DNA from: Bugula neritina
Lineage: Eukaryota > Animalia > Bryozoa
DNA: 64,000 nt
Direction: 5' to 3'
NCBI GenBank assembly: GCA_964035545.1
Contig: OZ037767.1
Location: 1,251,680-1,315,679, forward strand
The notes beneath the pieces are model-generated. The model saw nothing but the letters and a program-made list of their open reading frames with translations. It was not told the origin of the DNA and searched no databases. Position numbers and translations under genes: made by a program. How positions within the stretch are numbered: position 1 is the first letter of the stretch; each line of letters begins with the position of its first letter. Of this stretch, positions 36,840 to 50,236 are shown piece after piece.

Positions 36840-38678
36840 GATAAATTAATTTCCACTACTTGTTACTATCCCTCCAACTAGACAGCTTATTTAGTTGAAA
36901 ACAAGAATATTTTACCAATTAAAATGAGTTTAGTAGCAGTCATCTTAGGAAACCTGCCTTTCGACTGTGGGCACTTCTAACACCCCCTTAATTTTTGGTT
37001 TTCTAACTGCTGAAAAATCAGCCAAGTGAAAAAATTGCTTCCAATAAACTCAAGTATTTGTTCAATTACAAACAGATGTCAAGCTCAGCGAACTGCACAG
37101 TTGGTTTAAGGTCATACTTTTCATTTTCTGGCTCTTTGCCAGGTGCTTTATGTTCTATATGAACAATGTTCCACTGATAGCTCGAACAGGTTGAATGTCA
37201 CAGGAACAAAAAAAATATGAAAAGATAAAGAAACTTATGTTCTCCAATATACTTTTTTATTTTTTTCAAAAGCCAATTCATGTTTAAGTTATAGCTTGTT
37301 GAAAAACATAGTCCCCCTTCCACATTCTTTTCAATTTATACGCTCCTGACTTGTTATTGTGTCTCAATATGCCTTGTATTTGAGTGCTCGTTAGTCTCGC
37401 TTCACTAACTTTGCCTATACTTCACAAGTGCCAGTGCTGCTGGCTCAAAAGCTAAATGTTATAAACTGTCAGCTAAAACCCAATCTTGTATTCCTAGGTT
37501 GGTTGGCCTAAATAAAACAATAGTCAAATCATGATTTCATGTTTTAAAAATTTACTCTATTCTAACCTGCTGCCTAGCTAGTTCTATTTTTGATTTATAA
37601 TTACAGCATTTGTGATACATTTTTTTGGCAACCATGTGATTTATAAAATGCAGTAATGGTACTTATATTATTATATTATTATCATTATAATATATTATAT
37701 AGTATTATGTGGGTTTTTATTATACTGCATAATATCTATTTTATTATTGTTGTTGTGCAAACAAGTGCAATTAACCTAGTTTTCAAAATGTACCTCTAAA
37801 TTATCAGACTATCAGTTTAGATATTTTCATGCTTTGTTAGGTAAACCTAAAAAAAGAGGCTGTATTCCCAAAGTAAAGGGTGTTGAACTATGAACTATAT
37901 TAGATTAGCCACTCTGCTACCAAGTGCATCAGTATAATATTATATGAATAGCTCTGATGCTTTGTCTCCGGTGGCTGGCTGCGATATGATAACTTGGCCA
38001 ACTTCCAAGAGTTTAAAATTGGCGCAATTATTCAAGAGGCTACATACTGCACAGAGCTAGCAGTGATAGTAACCTTGCTATTGGCAGTACTTATTACAAC
38101 TGCCAGCATATAAGCTGCATTGTAGAATGCCGTTGGGGTAGGCTAGTAAAACCAAATTCTGCTCTCTAATATACCTTAGACACAATGCAGCAACATAATT
38201 GTTCGTTTCAAATTACATTGCCACCCTTACATGAGCTGTGGGCTTCATAAAGATTCATATGATTAGAGATTTATGCTATAGGCTAGCTATGATGAAAATA
38301 ACACCATTGTCAAAGTTAACTTCAAGTATGTTGTTTTCCAGAAACTCAGTAATGTCCATTTATCTCTCGCATACAAATACTTATGTAATAGCATACAGTT
38401 TAAGTTTTATTTTAGAGCACATCTGCAAACTCTACAATAAGAGCTTGCTTTACCAGTCTATTTCAGACCTGTTTTTGTAGCTAGTAATACGCAAGCTACT
38501 TATTTTTAAACTTTTGGGTTATTTGTTCAAAACCATTAGCTTTGCTAGTAACCCGAGACTATTGCAACAGTTGACTGCTATCAACATGAATTGACAGCCT
38601 AATAATTATAACCCATTTGCCGCGAAATATTTATGTAATGATAGTTACTCATATAGTGCGCGTTTCATTAACGATAAA

Positions 38679-38757
38679 AGCGTGGTCCAGAGGTTAGAGG
38701 CGTCAGTGACGAGTTGGGTGGTCATGGTTCAACCCTGTTTTGTTGCAATTTTTTTTG
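38679..38757 (+). mobile_element. Degenerate tRNA-like head (SINE fragment)
   Basis: GCGTGGTCCAGAGGTTAGAG (A-box-like), GGTTCAACCC (B-box-like), then a T run; no convincing cloverleaf. Confidence 0.4.
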
Positions 38758-40325
38758 CCAACTTATGCAAATCCTACGCATGTATAATAAATATGGCTAT
38801 AATTGTAAAGTTTTTTTAACTTTTGTTCAACAGTAAGACAACATACATGCATAATAATTAGATACTGAACACTGGACTAAACCTTAAATTGATCTTATAG
38901 AATACAATGTACTTAAAATAATTATATGTGAATTAGAGAAACTGAAAGTACACCTGCTGGGCTATAGACAGACCTTTACTGACAAGACTGTAAAGTGAAG
39001 TGATTTAGCTGAAATTAACTCTGCCAAACAAACAAAGAATTATGTTGCGCTGAGGCATTTTCAATATATTATTGTAACTAGTGAGATGATTCAGCTGAGT
39101 GCTAAAGTAAAACAGGGAACATTATATTGGCAGAAATCCAATAGATTGCCAATTTGTGCGAGAGGGTACTATATGTTATTGTGATAGCGCAGAGCGGCAA
39201 ACGTACTAGGAATGTTATAATTAGTCACAGGAGCGTAGCTAGAACCACCATATGAAGAATTTAGAAAATTGCAGTGAAACTTGCAAAATGGTGTATGTTT
39301 TTACCAAATTGTGAAGAGCATAAACAGAATTTCAAAAAACAAAGAAAGTATATTAGAGAAAACATATCAAGGAATGTCAAGTTTAACTTTTAAACTTTGT
39401 AAAATGAATCCCCTGTGCTACAGCAGCGGAACATGGAGGGTGTAAAATTTTACTTATTATGCAACAACTTTCTCAGAAAATTTTTTATTGAAAAATTAAA
39501 AAAGTATATGAAAGAGGAATGCAAGAGCTGTCTTTTCATGTAAAATTTATTAATGTGAGACAAAAACTGTTCGAGCTATCCCCTGGAAACCGTTTATATA
39601 TAACATAAAGCAGTGCATGAATCTGGAAAGTAATGACCTTAAACCAACTGTGTGTTGCATAATCCACGTGACAATGGCTTTCCCTGTGTAAAGAGATTAA
39701 ACGGTACCTTAGTCAAAAGTGGCACAGTTGACTAATAATCAATGTAATTTCTGTGAGTGATGAGTGTTGGCTGTTTAGTGCCACGTTCTTCTACCTCTCT
39801 GCACTCACAGCACACTCACTAGTACTCACTAGCTGTACTCAATGATATCATATTTTGTGTTAAGCATTACTACTTAAAAGCTTTTACTAGTAGGCTATAC
39901 ACTACTTGATTGCTTCAATAATTAATTTAATTTGCAAGAAAAGTAAATGCAAACATGCCTAGACAGCACAGGGGTGAAATTACAACAAAAATTTTAAAGT
40001 TCCAGTCAATATTTTTTTGTTTCATCAAAATTATGGCACAAAACTTTAATTTAGTTTATTATTCTAATTAAGTGTGTTATTTATCTTCCATTGGTCCTAC
40101 TAAAGAATATTCCTGAATTGCACTAATCTTATTGGACCATATAAAGGCGGGTCTTAAATCGGAAACTGGCATTAACACGTGTTTCAAAATCGTGGAAAGC
40201 TTGCAAATTAATAAACCATATTATTTTTTAATTGTATCTGGTAATTAGCTATTACGTGTGTTGACCAAACACCTTTTATCATTACCCTAAGGCCTAGTCC
40301 TATAACTTTAGAAAACTGCACAATT

Positions 40326-42487
40326 ATGGCAGAAGATGAGCTGCAGCCATCCGAGCTTGGAACCAAGGAATAGTAGGTATCAATTTATCTGGATCTTCGC
40401 ATTGAACTTAAGTCTAAGAGTCATACTCATAGTAATGCTAATACTAATACTGTGACAGTGATACTGCTAGTCAATGTCATACTGATACTCATAACTATTA
40501 GTTAGTGATAGTCACGATGGCTACCATAGTGAGTATCATAGTCATACCCATACAGTGACATACTATCATCCATAGAGTTAGACTAAGACTCATATTGATA
40601 CTCAAAGTGATAGTGATAGCGATACTATTAGTATTAGTATTACTTCTACTAAAATTTCAATTGTGAATTTTAAAATTTAAATATAGCCTAAAAGTAACAA
40701 GAGTGTCAACTATTAACTTTAAGCCTGAAATAAAACAGTAATTCAAATTGTATGCTAGAGACAGACTCAGAGTGAGAGTGTGACTGTGACAGAGTTGATG
40801 TTATACAGAAGACTAATAGTAATAGACAATAGTCATAAACATAGTTATATTAATGCTATTGAATAAAAGTCGTGAAGTTAAATAAAATAAAAATTGCTAC
40901 TTTTACTTTTTGTTTTAATTTATTCAATCTAAATTACTCCTACTCTTGTTTTTAGAGCCTTATCAAATTATTCCGCATGAGCAGATGACTCGTACTCTTA
41001 GTCATTATGATAATGACTATCGGGTATAATTGATTTACAGTCATAGTTATAGTTATATCAGAAGATACTAAACATGTGAAGTTTGTGTTTTAGTTGGGAT
41101 GACTTCTACAAGACTGAGCTCCACAACTATAATGACCACGGAGAAGAAGGGGAAGTTTGGTGAGTACCGATTGTTACAGCCTGTCTAGTTTGTGTACTTG
41201 TCACAGCATACAAGACTGTCAGGTACATTATGTATTAGGAGACCTCATCAATATTAGCAACACTTGATGGTGATGACTAAGATTTTTATCTTCGATGATT
41301 CAGCAATTCGATGACGCAAGCTGCATCAGATGTGGCATGTGTATATATGGAGTTGTCTCCCTTTCAGGTTCGGAATGCAGAGCGTTAACCGGGTTGTTCG
41401 CTGGATAGTGAAAGAGATCAGTGAGAAAATAACTCCCATATTAGATCTGGGGTGTGGCAATGGGATGGTGTTGCTGAAACTGGTTAGTTGTACTTTAGAA
41501 TATGCCGAAATATAATCATAATTCACTGTCTGAACATAATATTTTCAAGCTTTATAGTTTTACAAAGACGTTTGAGTTTTACCATTAGTATACTGAATGT
41601 AATCCTATTTAGTGTAGGTTTTAGTGTTACCCGCTGTATTATAATTGTACTCTTGTGTGTAGGAGGAAGAAGGCTACAGCAACCTGACAGGGGTGGACTA
41701 CTCCCAACCAGCCATTCTATTAGCCAAGTCCTTAGCCCAGAACGGACAAATCAAATATGAGGTGATTTTCATTTGCCTGTTTAACTTTTTCACCTTGAAT
41801 TTGGCTTTTGTTTCTTTTCATACATACTCTGTCACATTACATTTACACAGTATTAAAATGTTCACATATGTATTTGGCTATCATCTACAGACAGTTGGAG
41901 GGTTGTATGTCTGAACAAACTGGTATTATGGTAAATGTTGTGCACACTTATCCTGAATTGATCTAGCTGTATATGTATTTCGGAGTTGTCCCTTCTTGCA
42001 AAGCTACTCAGTATGAGTAGACAATTCCTCAAATTTAGACATCAGCCACTTTCAACTTCCCTTTAGAGTTTAGTTTATCGTACAGAATAGGTTTTTCTCC
42101 TAATATATGAATGAATTTTAATCAAAGTTTAGAAATGAAGACCTGTTGGTTATTTTCCAGACTGGAGACTTGCTAGATCTTTCCTCATCAGACGTATTCA
42201 CTGCTAAGTACGACGTTGTGCTGGACAAAGGGACATACGACGCTATCAGTCTCTCACCAGATGGCGCCCTTCAGAAACGATTAGCCTACGTTGAGAATGT
42301 GCATAAACTCATTCCTATTGGTGGATATCTGTGGATAACGTCCTGTAATTGGACAAGTTCAGAAATCATTTCCCATTTCACTGCCAACGGCAAGTTTAGC
42401 TTGAGAGAAGAAATCCCTGTAAAACAGTTTAAGTTTGGGGGGCAGGTAGGGCAGACTGTGTGCTGCTTGGTCTTTCAGGCTACATAA
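40326..42487 (+). CDS. EEF1AKMT2: EEF1A lysine methyltransferase 2 (METTL10/Efm4 family), 5 exons, about 217 aa
   Basis: Exons 40326-40372, 41094-41159, 41368-41482, 41663-41761, 42161-42487. SELGTKEYWD, GEVWFG, ILDLGCGNG (motif I), GVDYS, VLDKGTYDAISL, ITSCNWT, FKFGG. Confidence 0.95.
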
Positions 42488-42493
42488 TAATAG

Positions 42494-42552
42494 TGTACAT
42501 GTACTATGTACTTACTCTACTACAAGTAGAGTAAGTACATAGTATATATACA
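42494..42552. repeat. Hairpin with 20-bp perfect stem just after the EEF1AKMT2 stop codon
   Basis: TACTATGTACTTACTCTACT (42502-42521), ACA loop, AGTAGAGTAAGTACATAGTA (42525-42544); extends to about 28 bp with one G-T pair and one mismatch. Confidence 0.9.
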
Positions 42553-44505
42553 GTTATATTATGTAGTATATACAGTTATACAGGTGTATATACATAGAGT
42601 TATATATATTGTATAGTTATGGAAGTAACATACCATGTACATTATATAATGTAGAATAGATATATCCTTCAACTAGATTACTGTGTGAGAATATGCTGTA
42701 AATACCTTTTCACTGTCACATATAAAGTAGAGTTATGAATTTATCTAACTGATGTATTTTGATATGTTGAAGAACACACCAGTGCATGTATCTAGTGCTA
42801 GGTCTGTGAAATAGACTGGTTTAATCTTTGAAACTTTTGAATTCTGTAACCATCTTCTTTTCACTAAAATAGAAAAGTTGTAGCTGCCATTTACACAAAT
42901 GTCCCAATACCTAGTTTAACATTATTGCCAATGAACTGAGGCTAACTCGCAGAAGACACTGTATCACGGTCTAACAAAGTCATCTGGGTTGAATAGTCAC
43001 TATGCTTATAGGCTTTATGGATGCCTCAATTAGCTGTAAATCAGTCACTATGGCAGCAGAAAGTATTTATTACTCATTATTATGTCATCAACAGCCATAG
43101 CGGTTGCTCACCATCTTGTTCTACATCTCTCGTTACCGTAGCGATTATTAATACCATATACCACACTTTCAACATGACAGAGTTATCTACTCATGATGAG
43201 TCAGGACCAGCATGTGCTGTAGGTGCAGTACCATCATAACGTACACACCACACCTATCCCACATTACATCCACCTGGCTCATGATTTACTCAGTCATATA
43301 TAACACGTGCTGTGTGAGCCTAGCACTCAACGAGTAGCAGTAGCCTAGCACTGTATTGTGATACTTCGTGTACACATATATTGCACCCCACTCATCTCAC
43401 TCTTTCTCTAAGTAACAATTTAGGGTATTAACTCTGTTATGATTACGTCAACTTAAGCAGATAGTTTGATAGTAGATCCCCTGCCCACTACCCTTTAATG
43501 CACCATGGGGGCAGTGCACTTGTAGATGCTAGTAACTTAGCATGGCATTCATGTCTAAATATACTGTACATTACGTGTGGGTTAGTCCTAGTAAATGCTA
43601 AGAATAGGAATTTGTGCTATCAGCAAAAATACGTTTAAAATTCGTAGGTAAAAGCCCTGCAAGTGTTCCATGTAGCCCTTTGTGTAGGGAGGGTGTAGCA
43701 TCCCTTCCAACATTTACCAAGTGCATTTTAACCTGTATTCCAAACACAGTGCCTGTTATTCCTAGTGTATTAGATAAGATGTATCTGTCTAACATCTATT
43801 CAATTTCGTTTCTCTATTCGAATATACCCTCTTCATGCATAGCAAGGTTTCAAATTCCTCCAGTTTATCAAAGCAAGTAAAGCATGGATGACCAGTTTCT
43901 ATACAATACTTGTGAGAGCAAAGAATAATTCTTTACTTTTGTGACAAGGCGGTATTTTAGCTAGTACAAGACATGCCAACATATATAATTGCTTTTTGGT
44001 CACTTTTTCAAAATGTTATAAAAGATTTTAGCACTTCTAGTCAGTTTATTTCGTGGCTCATATGTTTGAGAATATCAACTAAACACATTTATCTAGAGAT
44101 CATTATCACCAACTGCTGCAAACGTAAATACTTCCCTTTACATAACTGTTAGTTCAGGGGAGAGGGTAACTCCACAAAACACTGACCAAGATACACAGTT
44201 TATACGATACTGTGTGCATTAACCTCAGGCTAATACCTTCTCTTATTCAAGCTTGGGTCAGTAACTCAGCCGGTAAAGGTCACAGTACTTTTCATAGAAG
44301 ACTTCTCTCTTTTGAACTGAGTCATGTGCCTTAAGTTTTTAGTGTTTATGTTCTCTTAGAAAATGGTATGAGTTTAAGGCATTATATAGAGTATTCCCAA
44401 ATATATTAATAAACACATGCATATACATGTAGTGTACTTGTATTGTGTAGTGTACATATAATGCACATACTAAGGCCACTTCATTCTATTATAGCTGTAT
44501 TCACC

Positions 44506-47500
44506 ATGTTGACACATGGATTGGCGACTCCAGGTATATTAGCCGCATTATTTCATCTAGAAACTAGGTCACCCTCATACTGTCTTTCATTGGAGATAGT
44601 TGGCATAACTTTGAGCATTTGACATATAGAATTGCACGCTCCATTGCCTAGCCACTTGTCATAAGCACGCCCGCAAACTTAGCTGTAGCTGCATCGCCTT
44701 TCGTCTTCGGTATAGCATACGAACTCGCTTTGCTGAGACAATCGGTCTCTATCGTCGTAGTCGTCGGTTCTACTGTCGGTTCTACTGTCGGTTCTGCTGT
44801 CGGGTCTACTGTGATCATGTCGGTGGTGAGGAGACTATTCTGCTGCTGTAAGTTTGCACTTTTCTATAGAATTTCATGGCTACCAGATGATTTCTTATGG
44901 TTTCGGATTTTTTCTTTAACTTTTGATTTTCTTACTTGATATTTTTTGCACTTTTTCAGGCTTCTTTATTAAAATAATACTAATCTTTCAATTCCATTAT
45001 TAAAGTAAAACCACATGAAATAGTTGTTTGGTGATTACACTAAAGTCTTGTTTCCAGGTGCGGGTGGGGGAAATCTCGCAGATCTGAAGCGACTTCGACC
45101 TCCAAAACTTAGAAAGAAGTCAAAGAAGCTTCCAGAAGAGAAGCTGCCAGAGCCTGAGACAGAGCCAGATGTCGTCACGTCACACAAGAGCGAGGAAGTC
45201 CCCCAAATGGAAGAGCCCGTCCCTGAGGAGACCTTCACCAGCGCCGTGGAAGTGCCTTGCAACACTGAGCCGGAAGAACCTGAGGAGCCAGAAGTACCGG
45301 AGGAAGAAGAGGTGCCACCGCCAGCGGATCCATTACCTCCTATAGTTGAAGAGACGATAGAAGCACAGGTAGAGGAAGATGTGCAGATGGCCCCAGCGAG
45401 TTTGCATGACTCCAGTAGTATACAATCAAGTGAAGGCAGCATTCCGGTATCAGAGAGCTCTTCACGGGAAGTGACTACCACTGGACTCACACTCTCTGTT
45501 GACAGAAGTCCAGTTCTTACTGAAGACATCACTTCTCCGTCTAGTCAGGTGACCATCATTGCTACATTAGCCTAGCTTTTCTCCTGACCTCAATATCTGT
45601 GTTGAAAAGAAGTAAATTACATAGTTTAAATTGATTGATAAATAGAGCTTTAAGCTAATTAATCATTTTTGATCGCATGGTAGTAGTAATCAACTGTACC
45701 AGTACCACTTGGCTAGCATGGTTGTACAGCATAGCTAAGATGGCAGTGATGAATTGGCTTGCCACGTGAATCACTAGTGGAAGTTATTTCTACCATATTT
45801 CTTATTTAGCTTATCAGTTTTATCAATTATCAAAACATGACTTTATTGGTTTTAGACGTCAAGCTTAGACGGCTCGGTAACATCAGTCTCCAAAAAGAAA
45901 GGCACCCGAAAACTGTTTCAGTTGAGGCACAACTCTTCTTCTGATGATCCCAAAACATCAACTCCAGACAAAGTACTTCTGGTTCGGTATGTAGCCGTGT
46001 TACCTGCAGAATGTTACCTGCGGAATGTTTGGTGTTGGTCAAATCAAGGGCGTTACATAATTGCTGCACTGCAGGTTAACTAGTGAGGAAGCAGCTTGTT
46101 ATTGTGTTGTAATTTATAGCAAATTATGAAGTCTATTGGCAATCATTCAAGTTGAATTGAAGTTGAAACTAACTTGTTAGATGCAAAACCAAAATGTTTA
46201 GCTAGAAGCGACTTTACCAGTCAGTTGTTAGAACTGAGTAGTATCAAATGCTTCAATTTATTTGTGTTGTAGTCTAAACATGTTGATAGTTTATATGTGT
46301 AGACTAGTACAGCGTTGCATATAACCACTTGGGCTTTGCTCATAGAACTGAAGAAACTCGAAATAGAATAAAATTAGTTTAGAATCCTTGTTAAGCTATT
46401 GCATTGCTTATAACTACTCACCAGCTGGCCTTAAAACAAACACGAACTAGCCTTCCAGTACTTTAACTCCATTCCTAACTCCAATACTAACTCCATTCCT
46501 TGCTTCGTTCCTTGCTTCATTTCTAACTCCATTCGGCTCTGGTATACTACTTAATACTTATATTTTTAATATTTACTTTTAATTCAGCAACTCATGTGAT
46601 GAGATTGGCACTCATTTAGAGTTGTTACATTGGTCTAAGTAGTTTTTCAAAAGCAGGTTCTATAGTATCTGTAATAACTAATTCTGTATGCCAGTTGAAG
46701 ATAAAAGTTGGCCGTGGTTTGTGAGTAAGAGATATCTCTCCGTATGCACGTCACTCACTTCCCAAATCTTGGTGCACCCTTGTTTCTACTCCTTCAACTC
46801 TCATTCTTCTATCTCTCTTCTACAATATAAAAATACACAACTTAAGACTACTTTATGCAAATGGCAAATTTATATAATGTATAATAAAAATGAATTACTG
46901 TTTACTGATATGTTAAAATGAAACATAATACGAATATGAACAACCCCAGACCACAACCACAGTAGAGGTGGTAGCTATTGTGTTATCACTGCTCACTGAT
47001 TTAGCAGCAGATGATGATGACATAACAATGTACACTGTACCCAGTATAAAAGGGTATATGCCTTCCAACTTTTGAAGCAATAGCATTGTTTCTGGATGTC
47101 TTGAAAAGCACACTTCAAACAATACATAATTATTTTGTCTGAACCATGAATTGATAATTTGGTAATTCACCCAGCTATTTTTTTCAACAACTTCATCATA
47201 TAAAATCAGTTGCACCATTTAATTATGTTCAGATGCACAGGGAAGAGATTTTCATTGTTTCAGCCCTAAACCGATTTTATATTTGAATTTTCTTACACTG
47301 AGTATGTGCAAGCAACTCCCACTTTATTTCTTTTCTAATCAAAACTATCTTCAACATCTGTTGCACATTGAATTTTCTAATTTTCGTGTTTCTATTTCAA
47401 CTCACTTAACGATGGTAAATGATGTTCTCAGAAAGAATATCGTAAGTAATTGATTTTACAGTAAGCAAGAAGACAAAAAGGAAAGAGCTAAGAAAAAAGG

Positions 47501-48155
47501 TGCCCCGCCAATTGCCATTAAGAAGAAAGTTGGTACGGGACCCAATCAAGTTTACAGGAAAGCAAAAGCTCGAAGTGAAACTACAAAAAAACGTATTAAT
47601 TGCCTAAGATTTCTTTATACCCTTTCACAAGCATGTGCTATATTTCCCTTTTGTTGCCCCCTTTTGCTTCTTTTTTAATGAAAAGCTCCGACTACACAAA
47701 TCTATTTCAACAAATTCACATTTTGAAACACACTGAGGTCTGAGGTCAGCTCATCATCCTCTCTCTTACTTCCTGTCTTTGCTATAAACACTCACTCTCT
47801 TCAGGGAAGACATTCCACTTGTTATTGAACCTTTGCTCCTGTCTAAAACAGCTGCAGGGGACTTCACTGGTTAGCATTGATCTTGCTTACCAGCATAATG
47901 AGTCTACACTTTGCCTCTCACTTGTCAACACATTCTCTGCATGAGCTCTCTATGTTATCAGCTACATGTAGTTGTATTGTAATATATTTAGCCTAGTGAT
48001 TGCTAAATGTAGAATATTTTATGAAAGCCTGACTCTATTGTAATTAGCCAAAACTTTCTGTTGCAGAACTGACCTTGTGGACAGAGGAGAACCCGAAGAA
48101 GAGCAAGTCTTTGGGCAAGAGACTGAAAAATAGTTTTTCGAAAAGTTCTTCATGA
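44506..48155 (+). CDS. Uncharacterised low-complexity protein (Glu/Pro-rich centre, Lys/Ser-rich ends), about 270-290 aa, two candidate first exons
   Basis: Candidate first exons 44506-44533 (MLTHGLATP) or 44817-44847 (MSVVRRLFCC), both phase 1; then 45058-45548, 45856-45986, 47462-47532 or -47592, 48067-48155. Phase-consistent; main exon has higher GC than its flanks; AATAAA near 48449. No family recognised. Confidence 0.6.
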
Positions 48156-50236
48156 AGGCCCCAGTTGATGGATGACATATATGATGATTCTATAATAGCT
48201 AAATGCTCAACCTCAGATCTGCATATTCTTCCCACGCAAGAATGATTAGCACTGAGCCTACGTATACTCAGTGTGTTATAACACAGCTTGGGCGCATCTA
48301 TATAAATAATTAGAGACATTTATATAATGCCCTTTATACTTGATTACTGAACCAATAATCTCTAACAATTTTATTCAGTCTGGGATATTTATTTCTCTAT
48401 TATATTTTAGTTAAGACATGTTTTGGTATTTTTATATTTGTTGGAATGAATAAAGTTTTAAAAAATAGCTTTAATGTTATCTTATAATAGCATCTTATTT
48501 ACAGACTGATCAATGGTAACCCTAAACCAAGAGTTTCGGTTGACCAACTTCAGTGTTGCCAATATAATACTCAGATTTCTCATGTACCAGCTAGCTCTGC
48601 TATTTTTAGCACACATAAAATGCTACTTCACCACAGTACACAATCAAACATATGCTTTAATGCTGAACTAAATTACTTAGAATGTTTTTATTCACAGTGT
48701 GGCTGTCCGGCCTTGCAACTTTCAAGTTTCGGTTCTCAATGAAAGATTATTCTAACTACAAAATTTTACTTTTTTCCCATTAACCTGATAACTGCATTAT
48801 TTCCAGAATACGGTTGAACTTATATAAGAAAATGTTGAACACCTAAAATTATGCGTAGGAACCCTTTTAGCCACAGTCTCTGGTTTCTGTGCTATATTGA
48901 GAATATCCTCCACAATCATTTTTTTATGACAGTATAATTTCGGCTTAACCGTGTAACATAAATACGTCAGCAGTCATGGATAAACTACATGCTTTGTTGG
49001 CTTTTGTAATTCAGCTCATTCAGGCATTATAATTATACTTCTACTTTTGAAATACCAACAAACCAGTTGCCCTGGGATGCCTGAAGGTACTATTTCACTC
49101 CTAATGTTTGTCACGCTCTCTCGCTCTTCCAAAGAGACTCATGCAGCATCTTCTGTTGTGAAATTACTTGCTTGACCAGTCTGAGTTTTGAATCACTAGT
49201 TATTAAGCATTTTGATTCATATTCTTTGATTCGTAACTTTCTAATCATCGTCAATCTAATTAACACCTCTTCCCAATGCATACACCTGATGGAAATGCTA
49301 CTCTCTTGTTTTGCTAGTCTAGTGGAAAAGTTTAACTGACACTATGTGGAGTTATTCTCACCATGGTGGTTTTTAATGCTATGTGTGCCTAAACTTCTCG
49401 CAAAATTAAAAGTAATGTATTTAACTCTATAGCTGCTTGAAGAAAATAATTTTGCAAAGACTCCAGTTAATTTCACTTGTTGGTAAAATGTTTGTTGTTG
49501 AGAAATTTAGACTTGAAACTCTGAACCCAGCTCAGAGATTAAACTGTGTGCTGCAGCAGTTAAGAATAGCAGTAATGAAAGTCAGCAATAGTTAGTATTA
49601 GTTTCATAACACCACAGACTTTAGAGCCAAGCGAAAAATGTCATCAGCGTGAGCACAAAAGTTCTTACAAAACAAAGCTGTTTCAGCAAGCAGTCTCTGG
49701 TCTGTTAGCTAAGATATATATATGAGAATATTTTAATACTACATAAACAAAGTGTGTCAGAGTTATTCATAGCTTCAGTCCCAGAAGTTGCTGTATAGTC
49801 ATCATTGAGGGTCTCCTTACTGAATAATTCTATTGCCAAATAATTTTAGTCAGTAAGAACCAAGTCTGGCTTTTCAGACTGTTTCAGTTACATGGCTTTT
49901 TAATTGGCTGAGTTGTGCTTTCAAAGTTAACCCAAGCGACTGTTACCTTTTCAAAATGCACAATTAAAACAAATAAAAGTCTTTAAAAAATGTTTGTGAA
50001 TAGGTTGAGGGCTGGAGTACCAGATCACACCTGCCCGGCTAATGGTGCGTTACCTATTATTTGCCATCCCACCATATTACTCACAGGTGAGCTAAATGGT
50101 GCATACAGGTAATGGGCCAAGTACCAAGTCTCCTAATGTGCTGGGGTTGCTCCAAACGTTCCTATGACTACGTCATCTGCTAATATAAAATAGGTGGCTG
50201 AGACTTGGCCGGTTATTTTATCTTCAGACTCTTTAA

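Noticed and set aside
45035-45532. 165-aa Ser/Gly-rich minus-strand ORF
   Set aside because: Antisense shadow of the Glu/Pro-rich exon on +.
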